Sequence record: PX104379.1 | Source: a phage | Reading direction: 5' to 3' (one strand) | DNA length: 64,000 nt | Shown: piece by piece, positions 23,497 through 34,356 of the stretch | Layout of the letters: each line of letters begins with the position of its first letter | Numbering within the stretch: position 1 is the stretch's first letter | Notes under the pieces: model-generated | What the model was told of the DNA's origin: nothing | Databases searched by the model: none | What the model saw: the letters and a program-made list of their open reading frames with translations, nothing else | Made by a program: the position numbers and the translations under genes

Positions 23497-24612
23497 ATGG
23501 AAAAATTTATGGCAGAGTTTGGACAAGGATATGTCCAAACGCCATTTTTATCGGAAAGCAATTCAGTAAGATATAAAATAAGCATAGCGGGTTCTTGCCC
23601 GTTTTCTACAGCAGGACCATACGTTAAATTTCAGGATAATCCTGTAGGAAGTCAAACATTTAGCGCAGGCCTTCATTTAAGAGTTTTTGACCCTTCCACC
23701 GGAGCATTAGTTGATAGTAAATCATATGCTTTTTCGACTTCAAATGATACTACATCAGCTGCTTTTGTTAGTTTCATGAATTCTTTGACGAATAATCGAA
23801 TTGTTGCTATATTAACTAGTGGAAAGGTTAATTTTCCTCCTGAAGTAGTATCTTGGTTAAGAACCGCCGGAACGTCTGCTTTTCCATCTGATTCTATATT
23901 GTCAAGATTCGACGTATCATATGCTGCTTTTTACACTTCTTCTAAACGAGCTATTGCATTAGAACATGTTAAACTAAGTAATAGAAAAAGCACAGATGAT
24001 TATCAAACTATTTTAGATGTAGTATTTGACAGTTTAGAAGATGTCGGAGCTACCGGGTTTCCAAGAAGAACGTATGAAAGTGTTGAGCAATTCATGTCAG
24101 CGGTTGGTGGAACCAATAACGAAATTGTGCGTCTACCAACTTCAGCTACTATAAGTAAATTATCTGATTATAATTTAATTCCTGGTGACGTTCTTTATCT
24201 TAAAGCCCAGTTATATGCTGATGCCGATTTACTTTCTCTTGGAACAACAAATATATCTATCCGTTTTTATAATGCATCTAACGGATATATTTCCTCGACA
24301 CAAGCTGAGTTTACTGGACAAGCTGGGTCTTGGGAATTAAAGGAAGATTATGTAGTTGTTCCAGAAAATGCAGTTGGATTTACGATATATGCGCAGAGAA
24401 CTGCTCAAGCGGGGCAAGGCGGTATGCGAAATTTAAGCTTTTCTGAAGTATCAAGAAATGGCGGAATTTCAAAACCTGCTGAATTTGGCGTCAATGGTAT
24501 TCGTGTTAATTATATCTGTGAATCTGCTTCACCTCCGGATATAATGGTACTTCCTACACAAGCATCGTCTAAAACTGGTAAAGTGTTTGGGCAAGAATTT
24601 AGAGAAGTATAA
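23497..24612 (+). CDS. 35: long tail fibre hinge (knee) protein gp35
   Basis: 371 aa; order 34-35-36-37. Confidence 0.9.
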   Translation: MEKFMAEFGQGYVQTPFLSESNSVRYKISIAGSCPFSTAGPYVKFQDNPVGSQTFSAGLHLRVFDPSTGALVDSKSYAFSTSNDTTSAAFVSFMNSLTNNRIVAILTSGKVNFPPEVVSWLRTAGTSAFPSDSILSRFDVSYAAFYTSSKRAIALEHVKLSNRKSTDDYQTILDVVFDSLEDVGATGFPRRTYESVEQFMSAVGGTNNEIVRLPTSATISKLSDYNLIPGDVLYLKAQLYADADLLSLGTTNISIRFYNASNGYISSTQAEFTGQAGSWELKEDYVVVPENAVGFTIYAQRTAQAGQGGMRNLSFSEVSRNGGISKPAEFGVNGIRVNYICESASPPDIMVLPTQASSKTGKVFGQEFREV

Positions 24613-24617
24613 ATTGA

Positions 24618-24643
24618 GGGAGCCTTCGGGTTCCCTTTTTCTT
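24618..24643 (+). terminator. rho-independent terminator after gene 35 (UUCG tetraloop hairpin plus U-run)
   Basis: gggagcc-ttcg-ggttccc followed by ttttt. Confidence 0.65.
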
Positions 24644-24651
24644 TATAAATA
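24644..24651 (+). promoter_or_regulatory. T4 late promoter TATAAATA for genes 36-37
   Basis: Exact TATAAATA about 24 nt upstream of the gene 36 ATG. Confidence 0.7.
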
Positions 24652-24674
24652 CTATTAAAATAAAGGGGCATACA

Positions 24675-25340
24675 ATGGCTGATTTAAAAGTAGGTTCAAC
24701 AACCGGAGGCTCTGTCATTTGGCATCAAGGAAATTTTCCATTGAATCCAGCTGGTGACGATGTACTCTATAAATCATTTAAAATATATTCAGAATATAAT
24801 AAACCGCAGGCAGCTGATAACGATTTCGTTTCTAAAGCTAATGGTGGTACTTATGCATCAAAGGTAACATTTAACGGCGGCGTCCAAGTCCCGTATGCTG
24901 TAAACAACACAAACCCATGCGGTATTTATCCAGGTAACGGTGATAATGCTACTTTTGCTGTAGCAAATATTGATATTGTTTCGTGGAATGGTATTGGTTT
25001 TAAATCATCGCAAGGTTCAGCAGCTCGAACTGTTGTAATTAATGCACGTAATGGTGATATTAACACAAAAGGTGTTGTGTCTGCGGCAGGTCAAGTAAGA
25101 AGTGATGCAGCTGCTCCTATAGCAGCGAATGACCTTACTAGAAAGGACTATGTTGATGAAGCAATAAATACTGTTACAGCAAATGCGAACTCTAGAGTGT
25201 TGCGTTCTGGCGACACTATGATAGGTAATTTAACCGCGCCAAACTTTTTCTCACAGAATCCTGCGTCTCAACCTTCACATGTTCCACGATTTGATCAAAT
25301 CGTAATTAAGGATTCTGTTCAAGATTTCGGCTATTATTAA
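24675..25340 (+). CDS. 36: long tail fibre distal connector gp36, 221 aa
   Basis: 221 aa as T4 gp36; late promoter upstream. Confidence 0.9.
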   Translation: MADLKVGSTTGGSVIWHQGNFPLNPAGDDVLYKSFKIYSEYNKPQAADNDFVSKANGGTYASKVTFNGGVQVPYAVNNTNPCGIYPGNGDNATFAVANIDIVSWNGIGFKSSQGSAARTVVINARNGDINTKGVVSAAGQVRSDAAAPIAANDLTRKDYVDEAINTVTANANSRVLRSGDTMIGNLTAPNFFSQNPASQPSHVPRFDQIVIKDSVQDFGYY

Positions 25341-25348
25341 GAGGACTT

Positions 25349-28300
25349 ATGGCTACTTTAAAACAAATACAATTTAAAAGAAGCAAAACTGCAGGTCAAC
25401 GTCCTGCTGCTTCAGTATTAGCCGAAGGTGAATTGGCTATAAACTTAAAAGACCGTACTCTTTTTACTAAAGATGACTCGGGAAATATTATTGATTTAAG
25501 CATTTCTGCCGGTGGTAACATTAGTGGAAATATCACTCAAACTGGTGATTATTTACAAAACGGCACGTATAATCTTAATGGAAATCAGTTTGTTTACGCA
25601 GGAAAGTATATTGAATTCTTGCCAAAAACTGCTGGAAATGGTGCTTGGGCAAATCAGCACACAAATAAAGCTCCAATTTTCACCGATCTGAGTTCAACTA
25701 CTTCTATTTCAGAATATCATCCACTCATTAAGCAACGCTATAAAGATGGAACTTTTTCAGCGGGTACATTGGTTGCTGAAGGCAGTTTTAAGTTCCATTA
25801 TATTGATGAAACTGGGACTTCAAAATACTGGACGTTTCGCCGTGACGGTGGATTTACTGTTGACAATGGAGGTTTAGCAGTATCAGGAGGTAGTATAACT
25901 ACAACTGGAAATATTGCAGCTATTGGAAATATTACTTCACCTCAAATTAATACTAAAAATATTATTTTAGATACAAAAGCATTTGGACAATACGATTCGC
26001 AATCATTAGTTCAATATGTTTATCCTGGAACAGGTGAAGAAAATGGTATAAACTATCTTCGTAAAGTTCGAGCTAAATCAGGCGGAACTATTTACCATGA
26101 AATCGCTTCAGCTCAAACTGGTAAGAATGATGAAATTTCTTGGTGGACCGGAAATACACTTACTATTAAATTAATGGGTCTTCGTAATGATGGCGCAATG
26201 GTATTACGTCGTTCACTTGCTATTGGCACAATTACCACTGACGAAAATACTAACAACTATGGTTCTCCTACTCCAATGGGAGAAAGATATATTGCTTTGG
26301 GCGATGCTGCCACTGGTTTAAAATACATTAAGCAGGGCGTTTATGATTTAGTAGGTAATTGGAATTCTGTTGCGTCTATTACTCCTGATAGTTTCCGTAG
26401 TACTCGTAAAGCGATATTTGGACGTTCAGAAGACCAAGGTGGAACATGGATTATGCCTGGAACTAACGCTGCGCTTTTATCAGTTCAAACTCAAGCTGAT
26501 GGAAACTCCGCTGGTGATGGTCAAACACACATTGGATATAATTCTGGTGGTAAAATGAACCACTATTTTCGTGGTACAGGTCAGATGAATATCAATACCC
26601 AACAGGGTATGGAAATTAATCCAGGAGTGTTAAAATTAACCACTGGGGCAAATAATGTAATGTTATACGCGGACGGCGGTATTACATCTGTTAAGCAGCT
26701 TTCAATATACAATGGGGTGTATTTAGCAGCTAATAACTCGACCGCTGGATTAACATTCGCTCCAACTACTACAATTGATGGCACTAAGCAAATTTTGTGG
26801 GAAGGCGGTACTCGTGCTGGTCAGAATAAAAGCTATGTAACTGTTAAAGCATGGGGTAATTCATTTAACGCATCTGGCGATCGTAATCGTGAAACGGTTT
26901 TTGAAGTAGCTGATGGACAAGGATATTATTTTTATTCACAGCGTGTGGCTCCAAGTGGCTCTGAAACTACTGGGCCTGTTGTAACCCAGTTCAATGGACA
27001 AGTTAATGCTAGAGGAAGTATTATTACTGACGGAAGTTTTAAAGTTAATGGATTAAGCACTTTAGTCGGTAATGTTACTATGTCTAATGGTTTGTTTGTC
27101 CAAGGTGGTTCTTCTATTACTGGACAGGTAAAAATTGGTGGAACGGCTGATGCATTAAGAATTTGGAATGCTGAATACGGTGCTATTTTCCGCCGTTCAG
27201 AAGCGTCATTACATATTATCCCTACTCCTAAAGATGCCGGTGAAAGCGGTGGAATAAGTAATCTCCGCCCACTTAGTATTAGCCTTAATAATGGTATGGT
27301 GCAAATGCGTCATTCCGTTACATTAGGTGATGATGGTGCAGGCGGTAATATGGTGACGGTTGATAATGATTCTAAAGTTATGGTAATGACGACTAATAGC
27401 CGTATTAGTCCTAACTTCCGTATGCAAATTGGACAGTCGTCTTATATTGATGTGGAATGTACTGATGCTGTGAGACCTGCTGGAGCCGGTTCTTTTGCTT
27501 CACAGAATAACGAAAACGTTCGCGCTCCGTTCTATATGAATATTGATAGAACAGATACAAGCACTTATGTTCCTATTGTGAAACAAAGATACGTTCAAAA
27601 TAATAGTTGCTATTCTATTGGTACTTTAATTAATGGTGGTAACTTTAGAGTTCATTATCATGAAGGCGGTGACGGCGTTTCTACTGGTGCTATTATAAAG
27701 GATCTTGGATGGGAATTTAATAAAAACGGTGATTTTTATTCTCCTGGTAAATTAGGCGCTGGAAATATTAGAATAGGTACTGATGGTAATATTACTGGCG
27801 GAACTGGTAACTTTGCTAACTTGAACACAACTATCGAATCATTAAAAACCGATATTGTTTCAAGTTATCCTATTGGAGCTCCTATTCCATGGCCTACAGA
27901 TACTCCTCCTAATGGTTACGCTATTATGGAAGGACAGACTTTTGATAAGTCTGCATACCCAAAATTGGCTATAGCTTACCCATCTGGAGTAATTCCTGAT
28001 ATGCGCGGGCAAACTATCAAAGGTAAACCAAGCGGTCGTGCTGTGTTAAGTGCAGAAGCTGATGGTGTTAAGGCTCATAACCATAGTGCTTCAGCATCTA
28101 ATACTGATTTAGGTACTAAAACTACATCAAGCTTTGATTATGGCACTAAGACGACAAGTAGCTTTGACTATGGCACTAAGACTAGCAATACCACAGGTAA
28201 CCACTCTCATACTGTAAGCGGTACTACGAGTTCTGCTGGTGCACACCAACATGCGCGCTCAGGTCCTCAGATACAAGCCGGCATACCCAATAACATATTC

Positions 28301-28621
28301 TATGACGGATATAATAGTGTAGGTGCAAACGCCAACGCTAAATTCACTGGAACCGTGAACGGTGCTACTGCAGGGTCGAATATAGCCAAAACTTCTTCAG
28401 ACGGTGCTCATACTCATACTTGGTCCGGTACTACAAGCACTACAGGTAACCATGCTCACACAGTAGGTATTGGTGCTCATACCCATACTGTAGGTATCGG
28501 TGCTCATACCCACACGGTAGCAATTGGCTCGCATGGTCATACTATCACTGTAAATAGTACAGGTAATACAGAAAACACGGTTAAAAACATTGCTTTTAAC
28601 TATATCGTTCGTTTAGCATAA
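25349..28621 (+). CDS. 37: long tail fibre distal subunit gp37 (receptor-binding tip), 1090 aa
   Basis: C-terminal HxH-rich needle segment ending ...[31 protein letters not shown]; longer than T4 gp37 (1026 aa). Confidence 0.95.
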   Translation: MATLKQIQFKRSKTAGQRPAASVLAEGELAINLKDRTLFTKDDSGNIIDLSISAGGNISGNITQTGDYLQNGTYNLNGNQFVYAGKYIEFLPKTAGNGAWANQHTNKAPIFTDLSSTTSISEYHPLIKQRYKDGTFSAGTLVAEGSFKFHYIDETGTSKYWTFRRDGGFTVDNGGLAVSGGSITTTGNIAAIGNITSPQINTKNIILDTKAFGQYDSQSLVQYVYPGTGEENGINYLRKVRAKSGGTIYHEIASAQTGKNDEISWWTGNTLTIKLMGLRNDGAMVLRRSLAIGTITTDENTNNYGSPTPMGERYIALGDAATGLKYIKQGVYDLVGNWNSVASITPDSFRSTRKAIFGRSEDQGGTWIMPGTNAALLSVQTQADGNSAGDGQTHIGYNSGGKMNHYFRGTGQMNINTQQGMEINPGVLKLTTGANNVMLYADGGITSVKQLSIYNGVYLAANNSTAGLTFAPTTTIDGTKQILWEGGTRAGQNKSYVTVKAWGNSFNASGDRNRETVFEVADGQGYYFYSQRVAPSGSETTGPVVTQFNGQVNARGSIITDGSFKVNGLSTLVGNVTMSNGLFVQGGSSITGQVKIGGTADALRIWNAEYGAIFRRSEASLHIIPTPKDAGESGGISNLRPLSISLNNGMVQMRHSVTLGDDGAGGNMVTVDNDSKVMVMTTNSRISPNFRMQIGQSSYIDVECTDAVRPAGAGSFASQNNENVRAPFYMNIDRTDTSTYVPIVKQRYVQNNSCYSIGTLINGGNFRVHYHEGGDGVSTGAIIKDLGWEFNKNGDFYSPGKLGAGNIRIGTDGNITGGTGNFANLNTTIESLKTDIVSSYPIGAPIPWPTDTPPNGYAIMEGQTFDKSAYPKLAIAYPSGVIPDMRGQTIKGKPSGRAVLSAEADGVKAHNHSASASNTDLGTKTTSSFDYGTKTTSSFDYGTKTSNTTGNHSHTVSGTTSSAGAHQHARSGPQIQAGIPNNIFYDGYNSVGANANAKFTGTVNGATAGSNIAKTSSDGAHTHTWSGTTSTTGNHAHTVGIGAHTHTVGIGAHTHTVAIGSHGHTITVNSTGNTENTVKNIAFNYIVRLA

Positions 28622-28627
28622 GGAGAG

Positions 28628-28645
28628 AGGGGCTTCGGCCCCTTC
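28628..28645 (+). terminator. stem-loop with UUCG tetraloop after gene 37 (weak terminator or RNA stability element)
   Basis: aggggc-ttcg-gcccct; no long U-run, followed directly by the gene 38 start. Confidence 0.4.
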
Positions 28646-28650
28646 TAAAT

Positions 28651-29202
28651 ATGAAAATATATCATTATTATTTTGACACTAAAGAATTTTACAAAGAAGA
28701 AAATTACAAACCGGTTAAAGGCCTCGGTCTTCCTGCTCATTCAACAATTAAAAAACCTTTAGAACCTAAAGAAGGATATGCAGTTGTATTTGATGAACGT
28801 ACTCAGGATTGGATTTATGAAGAAGACCATCGCGGAAAACGAGCATGGACTTTTAATAAAGAAGAAATTTTCATAAGTGACATTGGAAGCCCGGTTGGTA
28901 TAACTTTTGATGAGCCCGGCGAATTTGATATATGGACTGATGACGGCTGGAAAGAAGACGAAACATATAAGCGAGTTTTAATTCGTAATAGAAAAATTGA
29001 AGAATTATATAAAGAGTTCCAAGTTTTAAATAATATGATTGAAGCTTCTGTCGCCAATAAAAAGGAAAAATTTTATTATAAAAACCTTAAGCGGTTCTTT
29101 GCTCTTTTAGAAAAGCATGAGCATTTAGGTGGTGAATTCCCTTCATGGCCTGAAAAAGAACGGAAACCTTGGTATAAGCGTTTATTCAAGCATTACGTAT
29201 AA
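28651..29202 (+). CDS. 38: gp38 tail-fibre assembly chaperone (T4 type), 183 aa
   Basis: 183 aa starting MKIYHYYFDTKEFYKEENY, recognised as T4-type gp38. Confidence 0.9.
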   Translation: MKIYHYYFDTKEFYKEENYKPVKGLGLPAHSTIKKPLEPKEGYAVVFDERTQDWIYEEDHRGKRAWTFNKEEIFISDIGSPVGITFDEPGEFDIWTDDGWKEDETYKRVLIRNRKIEELYKEFQVLNNMIEASVANKKEKFYYKNLKRFFALLEKHEHLGGEFPSWPEKERKPWYKRLFKHYV

Positions 29203-29205
29203 ATA
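29198..29205 (+). promoter_or_regulatory. T4 late promoter TATAAATA for holin gene t
   Basis: Exact TATAAATA about 18 nt upstream of the t ATG; overlaps the gene 38 stop. Confidence 0.65.
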
Positions 29206-29222
29206 TCTTAAAAGGAGGGTCT

Positions 29223-29879
29223 ATGGCAGCACCTAGAATATCACTTTCGCCCTCTGATATTCTATTTGGTGTTCTAGATCGCTTGTTCAAAGATAACGCT
29301 ACTGGGAAAGTTCTTGCTTCCCGGGTAGCTGTCGTAATTCTTTTATTTATGATGGCGATTGTTTGGTATAGGGGAGATAGTTTCTTTGAGTACTATAAGC
29401 AATCAAAGTATGAAACATACAGTGAAATTATTGAAAAGGAAAGAAATGCACGCTTTGAATCTGTCGCCCTGGAACAACTCCAGATAGTTCACATATCATC
29501 TGAGGCAGACTTTAGTGCGGTGTATTCTTTCCGCCCTAAAAACTTAAACTATTTTGTTGATATTATAGCATACGAAGGAAGATTACCTTCAACAATAACT
29601 GAAAAATCACTTGGAGGATATCCTGTTGATAAAACTATGGATGAATATACAGTTCATTTAAATGGACGTCATTATTATTCTGACTCAAAATTTGCTTTTT
29701 TACCAACTAAAAAGCCTACTCCCGAAATAAACTACATGTACAGTTGTCCATATTTTAATTTGGATAATATCTATGCTGGAACGATAACCATGTACTGGTA
29801 TAGAAATGATCATATAAGTAATGACCGCCTTGAATCAATATGCGCTCAGGCGGCCAGAATATTAGGAAGGGCTAAATAA
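29223..29879 (+). CDS. t: holin T, 218 aa
   Basis: 218 aa; single N-terminal TM helix and large periplasmic domain; sequence recognised. Confidence 0.95.
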   Translation: MAAPRISLSPSDILFGVLDRLFKDNATGKVLASRVAVVILLFMMAIVWYRGDSFFEYYKQSKYETYSEIIEKERNARFESVALEQLQIVHISSEADFSAVYSFRPKNLNYFVDIIAYEGRLPSTITEKSLGGYPVDKTMDEYTVHLNGRHYYSDSKFAFLPTKKPTPEINYMYSCPYFNLDNIYAGTITMYWYRNDHISNDRLESICAQAARILGRAK

Positions 29880-30152
29880 TTATTTGTTCGTATACATCTC
29901 TAGATATCGATATACACCCTCAAAACCCTCGTTGAATTCGTCGATGAGGGTTTTCTTATCTTCTTGAGTTAATTCAGAAACAATTTTACGGAATGAATTC
30001 TGATTTAATTTTCTACCTTCATGCGTTACTCCAATCTCATTCAGAAATGCAATAAAATTAGCACGATTTTCAACAATATCTTCTCTGGAAAATTTAATCA
30101 AAATAGACGCAACAGTAATAATTTCACGAACTGTATCAATGTTTTTATTCAT
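29880..30152 (-). CDS. asiA: anti-sigma-70 factor AsiA, 90 aa
   Basis: 90 aa starting MNKNIDTVREIITVASILIKF, recognised as AsiA; convergent with t with abutting stop codons. Confidence 0.95.
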   Translation of the reverse strand: MNKNIDTVREIITVASILIKFSREDIVENRANFIAFLNEIGVTHEGRKLNQNSFRKIVSELTQEDKKTLIDEFNEGFEGVYRYLEMYTNK

Positions 30153-30164
30153 TAACTATACCAC

Positions 30165-30317
30165 TCAATTAGTTGACTTTGTTATAATATCATCAGACGC
30201 TTGATTTGTAAACTGGTCTGTGTTATTTTCTTCAAAAATTTTTTCTACGAATTCCTTGAACGACTTACGTTCCTGAGCTACATTATGCTCGATTACTTTT
30301 TCAAGATTATGACTCAT
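30165..30317 (-). CDS. small ORF, 50 aa (asiA.1-like), hand-called
   Basis: Hand translation MSHNLEKVIEHNVAQERKSFKEFVEKIFEENNTDQFTNQASDDIITKSTN; ATG overlaps the arn stop (ATGA). Confidence 0.45.
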   Translation of the reverse strand: MSHNLEKVIEHNVAQERKSFKEFVEKIFEENNTDQFTNQASDDIITKSTN

Positions 30318-30592
30318 TCGAAATAATCTTCAATTTCATAATCATGGACGTAAATCATTATAGTTTTTAATACATCATCAATACTTTTTCCTGGAGCTGG
30401 AATTACGTAAAAATACCCTGCTTTTGAGAGGTCTTTATAAGTTCCAATCAAGAAATCATTATTCTCAAGATGTAGTTCTTCAACTAATTCATTAACAATT
30501 GAGTGGTATAAATTTGGTAGAAACTTATATAGCTTTTCTAGAATATCAATTTTGATTGTGTATTGAACCACGGATTGAGAATCAATAATCAT
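30314..30592 (-). CDS. arn: Arn-like anti-restriction (anti-McrBC) protein, 92 aa
   Basis: 92 aa acidic protein in the arn position next to asiA; assignment by size, charge and synteny. Confidence 0.65.
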   Translation of the reverse strand: MIIDSQSVVQYTIKIDILEKLYKFLPNLYHSIVNELVEELHLENNDFLIGTYKDLSKAGYFYVIPAPGKSIDDVLKTIMIYVHDYEIEDYFE

Positions 30593-30675
30593 AGACCTTC
30601 CCCTTATGTTTCTGTTTGCGATTAGATTCTTTAAACGCTTTCTTCTTATCCTTATGAACAGAAGCTTTATTAAAA

Positions 30676-30894
30676 TTATGTTTTGCGACTAAATTGTTCA
30701 TAGTGCTGAATTACCTCTCTCAAACATTTGCATGTGAATGAAAACTTTTTAGCTACACCACATTCAAATATATGTTCTCTTAAATCGTGTGTATCCGTAT
30801 ATCCCATTTCAACAATAAAATGCCGTATTAGATTTTTATCTTTATCATTGAGAGAATTAAAATAATCGGATTTTGAATTAATTTCCCTGGCCAA
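30676..30894 (-). CDS. hypothetical protein, 72 aa
   Basis: ORF track. Confidence 0.5.
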   Translation of the reverse strand: MAREINSKSDYFNSLNDKDKNLIRHFIVEMGYTDTHDLREHIFECGVAKKFSFTCKCLREVIQHYEQFSRKT

Positions 30895-31174
30895 ATTGAA
30901 TCACCTTCAGTTGACGTTTTAATTCTTTTATCATCTCTTCGTTCATCGCAATATAAAGATCGCGTAAAGCAGGTTTTAACATTCCATTTACTGGAGAACT
31001 AAATGGACATACATAATCTTTTCCTACAAGCTTTTTGGTGAATTCCATATCACAGAACTTAAATCCCGGCTCATTGGTATAAATTCCCCAATTAGTTGAC
31101 ATCATTTTATTGGCATATTCTAGTGCCTGGATTTGATTCATAATTCCATCAATTTGAAACTTTTTAATATTCAT
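30878..31174 (-). CDS. hypothetical protein, 98 aa
   Basis: ORF track. Confidence 0.5.
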   Translation of the reverse strand: MNIKKFQIDGIMNQIQALEYANKMMSTNWGIYTNEPGFKFCDMEFTKKLVGKDYVCPFSSPVNGMLKPALRDLYIAMNEEMIKELKRQLKVIQFGQGN

Positions 31175-31635
31175 TAGTAAAGGTCCTCAGAGTAAAGTTC
31201 TTTTTCACTACCACCACGTTCAATACGTACTTGTCCAGCGTAAGTTGCAATAATCATTGCTTCTTCGCGAGTCCAATAATTACTATATTGGTCAATAAAC
31301 CCTTGGTCATCATCACAAACTTGTTGAGTAACTAATTGAGGTTTAACTACATCTAAAACTTCTGCCATATCTTTAGAATAATGACGAGCACCTGGAATAA
31401 TAAGAGTTCGTCCATCTTTTAATTTAAAACGGTTGGCTGCACAGACAATTCGTCGTTGATACTTTTGGTTTTCATCCCAATATGCAGTCTGCCAACAGAT
31501 TTCAGGAACTTCTTTCAGAATATCTTCTTCTGCGCATTTATAACCATGCGCTTTAAATTTTTCAACAAGACTTTCTGGAGTTTCACGAGATAAAGGAACA
31601 TTCAGCATTTTTAAACGATTAATAAATGGGTTCAT
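31174..31635 (-). CDS. hypothetical protein, 153 aa
   Basis: ORF track. Confidence 0.55.
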   Translation of the reverse strand: MNPFINRLKMLNVPLSRETPESLVEKFKAHGYKCAEEDILKEVPEICWQTAYWDENQKYQRRIVCAANRFKLKDGRTLIIPGARHYSKDMAEVLDVVKPQLVTQQVCDDDQGFIDQYSNYWTREEAMIIATYAGQVRIERGGSEKELYSEDLY

Positions 31636-31961
31636 TTAAACCATCCTTTAATACGTTGCCACAAAGTTTTCTGCTGAGCTTTGTTAACACCAATTGAACG
31701 AATAACTGGTTGAGATTCCTGGAATTCTTTATAATCAGCAAGGTAAATTTCGTAAGCTGCATCCGTAAATGAACTTATCGCTGCCATAAAATTATTGCGA
31801 ATACCTACTGGAGCATCTTTACTTTCACGAATAATCATGTATTTACCAGTCTTAATCTTTACGATAGTTCCAAGATAAGCTCCATGATACCAGATGTCCC
31901 AACCCTCTTGAGTAGGTTCTGCACAGCGACGAAGTTCATTAACAATTTCTAACTTGTTCAT
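31632..31961 (-). CDS. hypothetical protein, 109 aa
   Basis: ORF track. Confidence 0.55.
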   Translation of the reverse strand: MNKLEIVNELRRCAEPTQEGWDIWYHGAYLGTIVKIKTGKYMIIRESKDAPVGIRNNFMAAISSFTDAAYEIYLADYKEFQESQPVIRSIGVNKAQQKTLWQRIKGWFK

Positions 31962-31971
31962 TATTTATTCC

Positions 31972-32607
31972 TCACAGTTCAGATGCTACAGCGATTACTG
32001 CTTCAATGTTTTCTGCCGAGCGTTTAATGTCAAGATACACATTACCGTTTTTAGCGATTTTACATGACATTCCGATGTCAGTAAATTTCTGAATATGATG
32101 TTCCATCATTTTGTATCCAAAAATTCGCATATTTCCATTGTTGTTAATTTCAAAATTGCGAATTCCATGAGTACGTTTTTCTAAAATAGCAAGATAATTA
32201 CTACGATAAGTTTCAACCTTTTTAAGAACAAATCCATTTTCATCTAAAAGTTTTAACATGAGGTCTTTATCTTCTTCCATATCGGAAGTAATCTCGCGAG
32301 CTTTACGAGTTGCTCGTTTTTTCAGCAGTTCCGGAGCATTTTCCTGCGCATATAAAGTTGCTGCGTTTGAAATAATATCTTGCGCTTCGCCTGTGATGAT
32401 TAATCCATCACCTGATTTCTCCACCAGGCCTTTTTTAATCAATACCCCAATATTACTATTAACTACTGCGTTACCTAAATCTGGATGCACCTCACGAACT
32501 TCTGCGGCTGTAATGAAATCTTTCTTAGCAATAGTAATTAAAATCGCAGCGGTTTTTTCATTCAGAACATCGTTAGAAGCTTTGATGATGTAAGTTACTT
32601 TAGACAT
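31972..32607 (-). CDS. motA: MotA middle-transcription activator, 211 aa
   Basis: 211 aa starting MSKVTYIIKASNDVLNEKTAAILITIAKKDF, recognised as MotA. Confidence 0.9.
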   Translation of the reverse strand: MSKVTYIIKASNDVLNEKTAAILITIAKKDFITAAEVREVHPDLGNAVVNSNIGVLIKKGLVEKSGDGLIITGEAQDIISNAATLYAQENAPELLKKRATRKAREITSDMEEDKDLMLKLLDENGFVLKKVETYRSNYLAILEKRTHGIRNFEINNNGNMRIFGYKMMEHHIQKFTDIGMSCKIAKNGNVYLDIKRSAENIEAVIAVASEL

Positions 32608-32644
32608 TTTCTAATCTCCGTAATTCTGTATCAGTAGTTGATAG

Positions 32645-32700
32645 TTGTATAGTACCACAGTATGCTTTGGTTGTAAACCGTTTTGTGAAAAAAATTTTTG
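32645..32700 (-). promoter_or_regulatory. T4 early promoter for motA with A-rich upstream element
   Basis: Plus strand gtatagtacc ... 16 nt ... gtaaacc ... gtgaaaaaaatttttgaaataaaaaa. Confidence 0.55.
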
Positions 32701-32703
32701 AAA

Positions 32704-32732
32704 TAAAAAAGGGAGAGCCTCGGCTCTCCCTA
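32704..32732 (-). terminator. rho-independent terminator (GGGAGAGCC-GAGG-CUCUCCC plus U-run)
   Basis: Plus strand aaaaaagggagagcctcggctctccc; inverted repeat followed on the minus strand by a U-run. Confidence 0.6.
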
Positions 32733-32736
32733 AAAA

Positions 32737-32886
32737 TTACTGCATGACTGTGATAACTGTCATGATAACACGTTGAATTCCGAACGCAAGAAGACCTCCT
32801 GCTACGGCTGGAACAACACCTAAACCCGCCAGTAAAATGCTACCAGATACTAATGCAGCGCTTGTAATACCAATGAATGGACTCAT
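32737..32886 (-). CDS. small hydrophobic peptide, 49 aa, hand-called
   Basis: Hand translation MSPFIGITSAALVSGSILLAGLGVVPAVAGGLLAFGIQRVIMTVITVMQ; ATG overlaps the gene 52 stop. Confidence 0.35.
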   Translation of the reverse strand: MSPFIGITSAALVSGSILLAGLGVVPAVAGGLLAFGIQRVIMTVITVMQ

Positions 32887-34211
32887 TTGATTTCCTCTAA
32901 ATCTTTGGTGTATTCTGTAACTACATCAGTAGTTTTCCAATATTCGTTTTCTTCTTTTTTAGCTTTAGCTTCTTCAGCAAGTTTCTTTGCTTCATCAGAA
33001 GTCATATGAAAAATATTCATACCAACTAGTTTATCAACATAAGAAGAATACATCTCAATTTTAGAAAGTTCTTCAGTCAGTTCTTTGCGAGTTTTACCCT
33101 GTACAACGATTTCACCTGAAATTACTTTCTTAATGAAATGTGCCTTGGCAAAGGCTAAACGAAAAACTGACTCAGTTTCTTTGATTTTGTTATCAATTCG
33201 TTTTTGGACATAAGTTTTACGAACTTCAACAAAGTCTTTAATTAAATCAACTACATTATCGTAAACTTGTAGTTTTCCTTTCTCATTAATAACCGTAATA
33301 TTCTGAGAACGACGCTCAATCAACCCGAAGTCTTTCATAATTTTTGCATGGCGTTCTTCTTCATTATCGCTCAAAGAATATTCTTTACGGAATTTAATTT
33401 TAAAGCCAAAACCATGCTCACCACAAGCATCATCCCATGTAATGAAGCCTTTATCTTCAAGTGGGTCTAAGATTTTACTCACATAAGTTTCACGATCATA
33501 CTTATACGGAATCTCAGTGATATGCATTTGAGTTCGTGAAGTAAACTTATATGTTCCACGAATTTCATATTGCCCATCAATTTCAACGACTTCACCACGA
33601 AATTCTGGGAATTCTACCTTCGGTTTAGTTACTTTCTTTCCTTGAAGAGCTTGCAGTACAGCTTTCTTGACAGAAGAAACACTATGAGGAAGAATGTAAG
33701 TTGCATAGCCAGTTGCAATACCGGAAACACCATTAAGAAGAACAGTAGGAATAATAGGCAAATAGAAAGCAGGCGGAATGTGTTCTTTATCTTGATGTAC
33801 CGGAGCATATTCAGTATCTTTATATACGTTATAGAAATTTTTACTTACACGAGCAAAAATATAACGACTTGCCGCTGCTTTTTGAACGGTACGAGAACCA
33901 AAGTTTCCTTGACCATCTAACAGAGGAAAATTATTATTCCAAGTGTTAGCCATCAAAGCACCCGCGTCTTGTGCAGAGTTTTCGCCATGATGATATCCAA
34001 GGTCCGCTACACCACCTGCAATAGAAGCGAGTTTGTGAAACTTATCTTTATTTCCTCGTGCCAAATCAAGAGCTCGAGCAATAACAAATCGTTGAACTGG
34101 CTTAAATCCGTCAATCATATTTGGAATGGCACGATTTTCAACCGTGTACATAGCATAAGCCAATGCTTCATTATCAATGATACTTTTTAAATCGCGATTA
34201 TTCAGTTGCAT
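32883..34211 (-). CDS. 52: DNA topoisomerase II medium subunit gp52 (GyrA-like), 442 aa
   Basis: 442 aa as T4 gp52; GyrA-type N-terminal region. Confidence 0.9.
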   Translation of the reverse strand: MQLNNRDLKSIIDNEALAYAMYTVENRAIPNMIDGFKPVQRFVIARALDLARGNKDKFHKLASIAGGVADLGYHHGENSAQDAGALMANTWNNNFPLLDGQGNFGSRTVQKAAASRYIFARVSKNFYNVYKDTEYAPVHQDKEHIPPAFYLPIIPTVLLNGVSGIATGYATYILPHSVSSVKKAVLQALQGKKVTKPKVEFPEFRGEVVEIDGQYEIRGTYKFTSRTQMHITEIPYKYDRETYVSKILDPLEDKGFITWDDACGEHGFGFKIKFRKEYSLSDNEEERHAKIMKDFGLIERRSQNITVINEKGKLQVYDNVVDLIKDFVEVRKTYVQKRIDNKIKETESVFRLAFAKAHFIKKVISGEIVVQGKTRKELTEELSKIEMYSSYVDKLVGMNIFHMTSDEAKKLAEEAKAKKEENEYWKTTDVVTEYTKDLEEIK

Positions 34212-34215
34212 AAAT

Positions 34216-34356
34216 TTACCATACTAGTGAATGTAGTGCCATAATAACATCAGAAATGAAAAGCACGACTTGAATTAATCCGAACATTATTCCGTAATAT
34301 AACGCTATCAATAAAATAGCAAGGGCTAATGAATAGCCCAAGATTTTCTTAATCAT
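34216..34356 (-). CDS. small membrane peptide, 46 aa (52.1-like), hand-called
   Basis: Hand translation MIKKILGYSLALAILLIALYYGIMFGLIQVVLFISDVIMALHSLVW. Confidence 0.4.
   Translation of the reverse strand: MIKKILGYSLALAILLIALYYGIMFGLIQVVLFISDVIMALHSLVW

Noticed and set aside
28440-28560. Short tandem DNA repeats that could superficially suggest a CRISPR-like or satellite array
   Set aside because: They are in frame within gp37 and encode the HxH iron-binding boxes; there is no repeat-spacer architecture.
19619-28621. Antisense and alternate-frame ORFs inside the tail fibre genes (for example 21035..21277, 22698..22916, 23199..23456, 26370..26558, 26581..26784)
   Set aside because: They are embedded in long, well-supported gp34/gp37 coding sequence and have no start signals.
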